DNA from: a virus
Reading direction: 5' to 3' (one strand)
IMG/VR virus record: IMGVR_UViG_3300045988_024225
DNA length: 18,092 nt
Shown: positions 1 through 5,833 of the stretch, piece by piece
Layout of the letters: the number at the start of each line of letters is the position of its first letter
How positions within the stretch are numbered: position 1 is the first letter of the stretch
The notes under the pieces: generated by a model
What the model saw: the letters and a program-made list of their open reading frames with translations, nothing else
Databases searched by the model: none
What the model was told of the DNA's origin: nothing
Translations under genes and position numbers: made by a program

Positions 1-119
1 ATGTGATTGTTGAGAATCTGTATCATGTGGCGGTGGTTAATAATATGGCTATTGAGGGTTATAAGGATTGTGATTCGTTTCCGTCTGATGATTTTATTGA
101 AGCGTTCGAGGAAGCGTGA
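1..119. repeat. Left inverted terminal repeat (119 bp)
   Basis: Positions 1-119 are the perfect reverse complement of 17974-18092 (119/119, checked block by block). Identity stops at position 120. Terminal repeats of this kind are typical of protein-primed linear genomes. Confidence 0.95.
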
Positions 120-170
120 AGGGTTGTTGAAGCGTTTTGAGTCGTTTGACCGTTGATTGGAGATAAATAA

Positions 171-407
171 ATGAACACTATAATTGTTGTCAATTGGGTA
201 CGTAATACTATTACAGTTTCTTTTACTGATAACGATGATATGGCTTACACGATTGGTTTAGGTAAGGTTTCGACCTTGAGGGGCGTGCGTGCCCGTGTCT
301 GTCGTGTGTTGTTCGATAAGTATGGCATTGCTCTTACTCGCATGAATTTTGTGAAGTCTACTAATACTGTTGACTATTTCCGTTCTAATCGTGTTGAGGA
401 GGTTTGA
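171..407 (+). CDS. Hypothetical early protein (78 aa)
   Basis: ATG at 171 with GGAG at 159-162. First gene of a tightly packed + strand operon. No recognisable motif. Confidence 0.6.
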   Translation: MNTIIVVNWVRNTITVSFTDNDDMAYTIGLGKVSTLRGVRARVCRVLFDKYGIALTRMNFVKSTNTVDYFRSNRVEEV

Positions 408-408
408 C

Positions 409-639
409 ATGTGGTATTTTATTATTACTGCCGATGGTTTTCAGGTTTTTGAGGTTTTCCCTGATTGTGTGAAGCCTAGTGAAATGTTTTACACTGCATC
501 ACTTAAGGATTCTTTGGATGGCGTTCTATCTCATATCCGTCATGTGTATGCGGGTATGGATGTGAATGTGGATATTGACAATGCCACGTTTGACATGGAT
601 TCTACTATGGTTGGCATGGTGAAGGTGGTGCTGGTATGA
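409..639 (+). CDS. Hypothetical early protein (76 aa)
   Basis: In-frame ATG at 409, preceded by GAGGAGG (396-402), starts 2 nt after the stop of the previous gene. I prefer it to the 370 start in the track, which overlaps the previous gene and lacks an SD. Confidence 0.6.
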   Translation: MWYFIITADGFQVFEVFPDCVKPSEMFYTASLKDSLDGVLSHIRHVYAGMDVNVDIDNATFDMDSTMVGMVKVVLV

Positions 640-806
640 TGATGCTTATGAGTATTGTTGTCATTCTGTTTGCGATTCTGCTTGTTGCGACGTGTGCGGT
701 GGCGTTTCGCGAGACTCAGCGTGACGTGAGTGACGTCTTTTGTTTTCTTGCTATGCTTGTAGTAAGCGTAGTCCTTGTATTGGTTTTTGTAGTGAAAGGG
801 TTCTGA
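636..806 (+). CDS. Small predicted two-helix membrane protein (56 aa), absent from the ORF track
   Basis: Hand translation gives MMMLMSIVVILFAILLVATCAVAFRETQRDVSDVFCFLAMLVVSVVLVLVFVVKGF. The ATG overlaps the upstream TGA (ATGA) and an AAGGTGG SD sits at 622-628. Two hydrophobic stretches flank a charged loop. The stop at 804-806 lies 1 nt before the next ATG. Confidence 0.6.
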   Translation: MMMLMSIVVILFAILLVATCAVAFRETQRDVSDVFCFLAMLVVSVVLVLVFVVKGF

Positions 807-807
807 A

Positions 808-1056
808 ATGGTCAAGAGTGATATGATGGTTGCAAAGTTTGACTCTCCATTCGTGGGTGGTCAAGTGGGGTTATGGTATTGTCCTCATGGCCAACGGTAT
901 GAACTTCGGTATGATGTCCAGTTTCGCACGCCGTGCGGTGGCGTGTGTGGTGCGTCGGCCTTGTGTGCCTATGATGCGGGTGATGGTAGTCAGGTAGTTG
1001 ATCTCATGTTGGATGCTATCGATATCGCCCACACGCCTCTTTTAGAGAGGGATTAG
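808..1056 (+). CDS. Hypothetical early protein (82 aa)
   Basis: ATG at 808 with AAAGGG upstream. It fills the gap between its neighbours exactly. Several Cys residues, no recognisable family. Confidence 0.55.
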   Translation: MVKSDMMVAKFDSPFVGGQVGLWYCPHGQRYELRYDVQFRTPCGGVCGASALCAYDAGDGSQVVDLMLDAIDIAHTPLLERD

Positions 1057-1058
1057 TC

Positions 1059-1262
1059 ATGTATTTTCGTGGTTGGTTGCATTCGTGGACGTGCGGTGAT
1101 TGCTTCTCTGCCTACTCGTATTGGCGGTTGAGAGCGTTTTGGGATGGTGTAAAGCATGAGCGTGGTGCCGATAACCCACCGAAACGTTGCCCTAGTTCTT
1201 TCTTGTGGGAAGCAATGTGGATGGCCGGGTATAATAGTGCCGATGATACTTTGGAGTTTTAA
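1059..1262 (+). CDS. Hypothetical early protein, Trp/Cys-rich (67 aa)
   Basis: ATG at 1059 with GAGAGGGA SD (1045-1052), starting 2 nt after the previous stop. Contains CGDC and 8 Trp. Confidence 0.55.
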   Translation: MYFRGWLHSWTCGDCFSAYSYWRLRAFWDGVKHERGADNPPKRCPSSFLWEAMWMAGYNSADDTLEF

Positions 1263-1264
1263 CC

Positions 1265-1441
1265 ATGTATGAAACTTTTGTCGCACTGGCGTATTTGAGA
1301 CATGGCGATAAACCACCTATTGAAGTGGGATTCGCCAATTCGTATGATGATGCCGCTAGCTTGGTTCGTAAGTGGGCTGCAGTGCCTTTGCATGTAAGGA
1401 ATATTGCATATTTCAAGGTGGAAAGAAGGTATTATGTTTAA
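1265..1441 (+). CDS. Hypothetical early protein (58 aa), absent from the ORF track
   Basis: Hand translation gives MYETFVALAYLRHGDKPPIEVGFANSYDDAASLVRKWAAVPLHVRNIAYFKVERRYYV. GGAG at 1253-1256 lies 8 nt before the ATG. Its stop overlaps the start of the next gene (ATGTTTAA). Confidence 0.5.
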   Translation: MYETFVALAYLRHGDKPPIEVGFANSYDDAASLVRKWAAVPLHVRNIAYFKVERRYYV

Positions 1442-1952
1442 CCGCGGCAATGATCGTACGCCAATCTATCGTATGCGCCGTTTTGATGACGGGATTATGG
1501 AAAGCCCCCGTATTGTCAAGGCTACGCGGGGGCATACTCGTGAATTGAATCTCAGACGCTATGACATGGGTTATGGTGATTTTGAAACGTGCTGCAGGGC
1601 GGTCAACATGCTGTGCGAACTGTGGCGGGAAGCGCCTAGCGAGTGGTTTACGCAAGCGGTGATCACTGTGTCGCAGATTTGCGGGAGCATGTGTATAGGT
1701 GATGGACTCGCCGACGCTTTATCTCGCACGTATGATGTGGAATATTTGGACGGTTCTATCAATCCACCTCATTTGACTGCATGGTGCGCGGTCTGCGCGG
1801 TCAAGGGAGCCACGTCGTATGACTGTTGCGCAGTTTACGATGATCCTCAAGCGCAAAACTTGATTATCGCCGTGTTTAAAAATTTTGACAGACTTGACAC
1901 GACACGGTATAATGATACCGAATTAGAAAAAATCTTACTGCAAGGGAGGTAA
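1434..1952 (+). CDS. Hypothetical early protein, Cys-rich (172 aa)
   Basis: The internal ATG at 1434 (MFNRGND...) follows GGAAAGAAGG and overlaps the previous stop. I prefer it to the 1404 start in the track. Ten Cys residues, no recognised family. Confidence 0.6.
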   Translation: MFNRGNDRTPIYRMRRFDDGIMESPRIVKATRGHTRELNLRRYDMGYGDFETCCRAVNMLCELWREAPSEWFTQAVITVSQICGSMCIGDGLADALSRTYDVEYLDGSINPPHLTAWCAVCAVKGATSYDCCAVYDDPQAQNLIIAVFKNFDRLDTTRYNDTELEKILLQGR

Positions 1953-1955
1953 AAA

Positions 1956-2255
1956 TTGGCTAGAACCAAAACCGACATTTTCAGAACCCGCGTCTATGCT
2001 GTACTTAAGGGCATGGAGCTTGTTGACGGCGACTTTATGGAAGCCGAGCACGTTATCGACGGACGCTTGAAGGATACACGCGCGTATTCGATTCGTGCCA
2101 AAAAACTGTTTCCGAACTTCATTCCACGTTCTATCAATATCTTTTCTCAAAAAGTGTCCATGAATGAGGAAACTTTTTACAAGTATGCGACTTTTGAGGA
2201 ACCGCAGGAATGGAACCCAGAAGAACACACAAACAAAACGACACGCCGAAATTGA
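1956..2255 (+). CDS. Hypothetical protein (99 aa); sits where phi29 has its small DNA-binding protein, a positional analogy only
   Basis: TTG start 6 nt after a GGGAGG SD (1944-1949), directly after the previous stop. It lies immediately upstream of the SSB-like / TP / polymerase genes. Function is not supported by any motif. Confidence 0.5.
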   Translation: MARTKTDIFRTRVYAVLKGMELVDGDFMEAEHVIDGRLKDTRAYSIRAKKLFPNFIPRSINIFSQKVSMNEETFYKYATFEEPQEWNPEEHTNKTTRRN

Positions 2256-2271
2256 AAATAACGACGGCATG

Positions 2272-2280
2272 TGATATAAA
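2272..2280 (+). promoter_or_regulatory. Extended -10-like box TGaTATAAA
   Basis: Lies in the 84-nt intergenic gap before the SSB-like gene. The context GCATGTGATATAA resembles the boxes at 5491 and 15674. Confidence 0.4.
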
Positions 2281-2339
2281 AGATTTTAGGCATAAACCTG
2301 AAAACAAAAACAATAATAACCATAAGGGAAGGTAATATC

Positions 2340-2777
2340 ATGGAAAACACCAACACTGCTCTAGTCGCATTCAACACCGAGTCCACCGAACTCGGTACCG
2401 TCCAGCACTTTATCGACACTTCCACCCGTGAGGGTAAAATCAAGCTCTACTCGGCATTGCAGAACGCCGAAAAGCTGGACGAACATTTGAATGAAACGCT
2501 CAACATGGTGAACGCAGTCGCGCAGGCCGTACAGGTCACGGACGATCAGACGGGCGAAATCTCCAATACGGTGCGCGTTATCATCGTGACCGACGATAAT
2601 AAGGCGTATGCGGCCACCTCCCCCACGTTGGCGGCAGGATTGAACACTATGTTCGGCATCTTCGGAACGCCGAACACTTGGGAAGCACCATTGGCCATCA
2701 AGGTGGTGGAACGTCGTTCTCGCCGTGGCTTCAAGTTTTTCAGCATTGAGCCGGTGGACGATCAGGAAGCCAAGTGA
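2340..2777 (+). CDS. Putative phage single-stranded DNA-binding protein (145 aa)
   Basis: SD AAGGGAAGG at 2324-2332. Its size and its position just upstream of TP and polymerase fit an SSB. The pattern ...TGE..N.VRVIIVTDD.KAY.ATS.....L..MFGIFG....W..P... resembles phage-type SSBs of Gram-positive phages as I remember them. Not verified by a search. Confidence 0.4.
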   Translation: MENTNTALVAFNTESTELGTVQHFIDTSTREGKIKLYSALQNAEKLDEHLNETLNMVNAVAQAVQVTDDQTGEISNTVRVIIVTDDNKAYAATSPTLAAGLNTMFGIFGTPNTWEAPLAIKVVERRSRRGFKFFSIEPVDDQEAK

Positions 2778-2780
2778 GCT

Positions 2781-2789
2781 TGCTATAAT
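2781..2789 (+). promoter_or_regulatory. Extended -10 promoter box TGcTATAAT
   Basis: Perfect TGnTATAAT 4 nt after the stop of the SSB-like gene and about 70 nt upstream of the TP-candidate ATG. Confidence 0.5.
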
Positions 2790-2811
2790 AACGAGTAAGC
2801 GTTCGTTCATT

Positions 2812-2836
2812 GAGAGCACCCAATTTGGGTGCTCTC
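2812..2836 (+). promoter_or_regulatory. 5' leader hairpin (11-bp stem, 3-nt loop) with no U-tract
   Basis: GAGAGCACCCA att TGGGTGCTCTC. It lies between the 2781 box and the SD/ATG at 2861 and is followed by GCCATCTT, so it is not a classical terminator. Confidence 0.6.
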
Positions 2837-2860
2837 GCCATCTTAAAAGGGGTGCGAACT

Positions 2861-3826
2861 ATGTCCCGAAGCCGCAAACAGAAGCATGTCAAGGCACGTC
2901 AGGCCGCACAAGCCCGCGCCACACGCAACATCAAACAGCTCGGCGCTTACTCCCATTCGAATCTTGCTAAAACTGCAGACCAGCAACTAGTCAATATTGC
3001 GAAAACCTTAGGTAAGGAGTGGGAGCGGCAGAAGAAACAGGCCATAGCGGAAGCGAAGGCAACCCCATACCATGCCACCGCCGTGGAAAAGCCGACGAAA
3101 AAAGATTATCTGTTTGCCCAGCGCACACCCATCACGAACGCGCAAATTCAGGCGGAACCCGTAGCGAAACGGCGCAAACTCCTGCGGCAACAGCAACGGA
3201 AAATCAATGCGGCACGACGCAAAATCAACGAATGGAACAAAGAACAGGCCATGCTCCAGCGAAGCGTGTATGACCAGCGCGTGGCAGAACTTGAAGGCAC
3301 CACCGGCGAAGGTTTTGGACGCACTCAAATCATCCCATCAAAACTCACGGACTTTCTGCAAATGACCAATGTGCTCAGTGATGAAGCCTTCGTGCGAAGT
3401 CAATTGGAGAGCGGACACCGGAACGAATTGCGCGAACAGATGCACGATGTGGCCGAAATCCTAGGACTCCGTACGGAACAGAAACGCAAGTCGACTAAAA
3501 AGCGGAAGACGGATACTCGACCCGATTTGTATGATGATCATAATTGGCCGTCCTACATGAGTCGCGGACGCTACGAAATTTTCGAGAAAATTTTGGCAAC
3601 TACGCTCGGCTCGAAACGGCTAAAGCGGTTCCGTCAACTGTCAGCGGCGCAAAAACGCGCGTTTATTGAACAGACGGACGCTCCCCGAATCGTGTTTGAT
3701 TGGACGGTATATGACCCTGTTCGGCACGGTTTTACTTCGGTGTTCCGAGATAACAGCGAAGGGTATCAGCGCTCACGGCAGCAGTTTGACCGGTGGTTGA
3801 CGGAAGCTGGCGCACTGGAAAAGTAG
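2861..3826 (+). CDS. Candidate terminal protein (321 aa, very basic)
   Basis: ATG at 2861 (MSRSRKQKH...) follows AAAAGGGG. I prefer it to the 2810 start in the track, which lies inside the leader hairpin. The protein is Lys/Arg/Gln-rich and sits immediately upstream of the protein-primed polymerase, as phi29 gene 3 does relative to gene 2. The genome has ITRs. No sequence motif was recognised, so the call rests on position and composition. Confidence 0.5.
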   Translation: MSRSRKQKHVKARQAAQARATRNIKQLGAYSHSNLAKTADQQLVNIAKTLGKEWERQKKQAIAEAKATPYHATAVEKPTKKDYLFAQRTPITNAQIQAEPVAKRRKLLRQQQRKINAARRKINEWNKEQAMLQRSVYDQRVAELEGTTGEGFGRTQIIPSKLTDFLQMTNVLSDEAFVRSQLESGHRNELREQMHDVAEILGLRTEQKRKSTKKRKTDTRPDLYDDHNWPSYMSRGRYEIFEKILATTLGSKRLKRFRQLSAAQKRAFIEQTDAPRIVFDWTVYDPVRHGFTSVFRDNSEGYQRSRQQFDRWLTEAGALEK

Positions 3827-3853
3827 CGGTCAGCGATCAAGGGAAGTTATACT

Positions 3854-5305
3854 ATGACAGTGCAAGACAATAGGGTGGGATTATGGTGCGCGGATAACGT
3901 CATACGATTCACGGACGGAACAGCATTACGTGACATTACCGCCCCTAATCGCCTTTTGGCGTCCATCATGACGGGCGGCAAACTCACCATCTACGTGACT
4001 GACCCCGACATGTTAGACCCGTTCATGGCGCACGTCGTACACTCACTTCCCCATAACGAGCATAATGCTAATCTGAGCTGGGATGCCATCATCTCGAAAA
4101 AGGGCAAATTTTTCAGCTTCACGGCACGTATCGACCGTGAAAACTCGGCACGATTTTTTGACATATCGAATCTTTTACGGGAAAACTGCAGTCTCACCAT
4201 GACCGATACCCAGCTACTCAATATCCTACGTGAATACGATAATCGTGGCCTGTGCAAGATCACGGCGGGCGGTGCGAGCATGGAGGCGTTCGCCGCAGGT
4301 GAGTGGAAATGGTATTACGACAAATTCCCACAATTAGAATCCGAAACAAAAAAATCACTGCATGACGCCTATATCGGTGGATTCATGACCGCCAAAGAAG
4401 GTGTGTACGGCAAGGCTATCGACGTTGACTGCAATAGCATGTATCCGAGCATTCTGAGGGACGAATGGATCCCATGGGGCGAACCCGAACCGTACGAAGG
4501 CAAATACGAGGAAGATAGCGACATGCCCTTGCATTGTGACGAACTCACGTTTCGTGCGGAACTCAAACCAAACGGATACCCTTTTCTACTCGACAATCGC
4601 AGCGTCTACGGCTTGAATCGACTCACCTCAACCCGTGGCTATGTCACAAGAGTATTGACCGACATCGATCAACAACTACTGTATAACAATTACGAAGTGA
4701 GCGTCTACAAGCACGTACGCGGGTGGAAATTCCGGCAAAGCAAGGGCTTTTTCCGCTCGTTCGTAGACGAATGGGGAGAACTGAAACAGCGGGCGACGGG
4801 CGAACAACGGCAAATGGCCAAACTCATTATGAACGCTCTTGTAGGGAAAATGGCGAGTCTGCCCAAGGGTGCCGTCCTACTTCCCACCTCTAAAGACGGC
4901 ATCACATTGGACTGGGATGTGGCGCAACGTGAGGAATCGAATTTGAAAACCGATTTTCTCCCCGTGCCCGTATGGGTGAATGCTTATGCGCGTCGCAAAC
5001 TTATGGCCGTCTGTTATGCCAACTCGGATAGACTACTGTATGCGAACACGGACGGTTGCATATTGTCCGGCTGGGATCCGGTACGATCATGTGACATACA
5101 CCCGACCGAACTTGGAAAGTGGAAGATCGCCGCACGATACGAAAAATTGACTATCCTCGGAATGAACCGGTATCAAGGCTGGAGGGAAGACGGCGAAGTG
5201 GATGTATGCATGGCCGGAAACATGTTCTCACAGCCCATCCCCTACGAAAAGTTCAGGCATGGAACGCAAGTCATGGACGACTACGGAACAATGGTCATGC
5301 TATAA
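3854..5305 (+). CDS. Protein-primed family-B DNA polymerase (483 aa)
   Basis: Motif A DCNSMYPS (D192; nt 4427-4447), motif B KLIMNALVG (nt 4820-4846) and motif C YANTDG (nt 5039-5056). Long stretches match phi29 polymerase as I remember it: ITAGGASMEAF vs MTAGSDSLKGF, AYIGGF vs AYRGGF, PWGEPEPYEGKY vs PYGEPIVFEGKY, and FVDEWGELK...AKLIMNALVGKMAS vs FIDKWTYIK...AKLMLNSLYGKFAS. The A-B and B-C spacings (about 131 and 75 aa) leave room for TPR1/TPR2-type insertions. Confidence 0.9.
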   Translation: MTVQDNRVGLWCADNVIRFTDGTALRDITAPNRLLASIMTGGKLTIYVTDPDMLDPFMAHVVHSLPHNEHNANLSWDAIISKKGKFFSFTARIDRENSARFFDISNLLRENCSLTMTDTQLLNILREYDNRGLCKITAGGASMEAFAAGEWKWYYDKFPQLESETKKSLHDAYIGGFMTAKEGVYGKAIDVDCNSMYPSILRDEWIPWGEPEPYEGKYEEDSDMPLHCDELTFRAELKPNGYPFLLDNRSVYGLNRLTSTRGYVTRVLTDIDQQLLYNNYEVSVYKHVRGWKFRQSKGFFRSFVDEWGELKQRATGEQRQMAKLIMNALVGKMASLPKGAVLLPTSKDGITLDWDVAQREESNLKTDFLPVPVWVNAYARRKLMAVCYANSDRLLYANTDGCILSGWDPVRSCDIHPTELGKWKIAARYEKLTILGMNRYQGWREDGEVDVCMAGNMFSQPIPYEKFRHGTQVMDDYGTMVML

Positions 5306-5306
5306 T
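5298..5306 (+). promoter_or_regulatory. Extended -10 promoter box TGcTATAAT overlapping the polymerase stop codon
   Basis: Perfect TGnTATAAT, and the polymerase TAA (5303-5305) lies inside it. The predicted start near 5313 coincides with the first base of a long-range helix in the downstream non-coding RNA candidate. Confidence 0.45.
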
Positions 5307-5312
5307 GCCTAT

Positions 5313-5481
5313 TGTCTTCTGAGCGTCGATTTTCGACTGGGAGCAACACGGGTCGGACTGCCACGGCTGAGAATGTCGCCGACCGTGAACATCACTATCG
5401 TGGCGGTAGTGCCCTACGATTTTCAACTCGCGCTCACATAAGACAGTTTTGACCCCGCGTGATTGCGGGGTCATTTATTTT
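5313..5481 (+). ncRNA. Candidate structured small RNA of about 165-170 nt, pRNA-like in architecture
   Basis: No SD-preceded ORF. Bounded by the 5298 box and the terminator at 5451-5481. Hand fold: a closing helix 5313-5318/5440-5445 plus 5320-5325/5431-5436. Inside it are a hairpin at 5326-5336, a stem-loop at 5347-5356/5379-5387 and a hairpin at 5393-5399/5405-5411. GCCAC (5360-5364) is complementary to the loop GTGGC (5400-5404). Confidence 0.45.
5451..5481 (+). terminator. Rho-independent terminator
   Basis: GACCCCGC gtgatt GCGGGGTC followed by ATTTATTTT. Confidence 0.85.
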
Positions 5482-5490
5482 CCCGTCGCA

Positions 5491-5499
5491 TGATATAAT
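5491..5499 (+). promoter_or_regulatory. Extended -10 promoter box TGaTATAAT, likely the late/structural promoter
   Basis: Perfect TGnTATAAT 10 nt after the terminator U-tract and 36 nt upstream of the scaffold gene ATG. Confidence 0.6.
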
Positions 5500-5534
5500 T
5501 TTAGTGGAAATATTATCGATCATAAGGAGCTTGC

Positions 5535-5813
5535 ATGGCAGACCCAAACAATAACGACGAGGAAAACACTACCCCGCCGCCGACCGAAGAGGAACAGCAG
5601 ACCGAAACCGTGGATGATGAGGTCAAGCCGAAAGAACCGGAACCGGAACCGAAGCAGGAGCCGGACGTTTCCGCACGACTTGACAGCATCGAAAAGGAAT
5701 TGGCCGCACTCAAGGCCATGATGGACACACTCGGCTATAATGACCTCACCCCATCCGACGATGATAACGACGATGACGGTGACAACGAGTCCATCGAAGA
5801 TTTGTTCGACTAA
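5535..5813 (+). CDS. Putative scaffolding protein (92 aa, highly acidic)
   Basis: AAGGAG SD at 5524-5529. Sits immediately upstream of the major capsid gene, as phi29 gp7 (98 aa) does. Asp/Glu/Pro-rich ends flank a central helical segment (SARLDSIEKELAALKAMMDTL). The call rests on position and composition. Confidence 0.6.
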   Translation: MADPNNNDEENTTPPPTEEEQQTETVDDEVKPKEPEPEPKQEPDVSARLDSIEKELAALKAMMDTLGYNDLTPSDDDNDDDGDNESIEDLFD

Positions 5814-5833
5814 ACAGTTAGGAGATATACATA

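Noticed and set aside
1-44. Possible promoter in the extreme left terminus (TTGAGA at 10-15, TATCAT at 21-26)
   Set aside because: The spacing between the two hexamers is only 5 nt, and the TG is not correctly placed for an extended -10. It does not support a promoter call, so expression of the ITR micro-ORF remains unsupported.
2361-2819. 152-aa minus-strand ORF, and 2725-2970 on the + strand (81 aa)
   Set aside because: The first is antisense to the SSB-like gene. The second spans the intergenic promoter and hairpin and runs out of frame into the TP-candidate gene with no SD. The neighbouring genes explain the region fully.
3019-3273. 84-aa alternative-frame + ORF and 3008-3328 minus ORF inside the TP-candidate gene
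   Set aside because: They are nested in a longer ORF that has an SD and a sensible position. They have no independent signals and low-complexity composition.
5202-5441. 79-aa + strand ORF bridging the polymerase 3' end and the non-coding gap, with nested 22-codon ORF at 5373-5441
   Set aside because: It starts inside the polymerase gene in another frame and has no SD. The downstream part coincides with a region that folds into long-range helices between a promoter box and a terminator, so an RNA function fits better. The 22-codon ORF is kept as the alternative hypothesis in the ncRNA finding.
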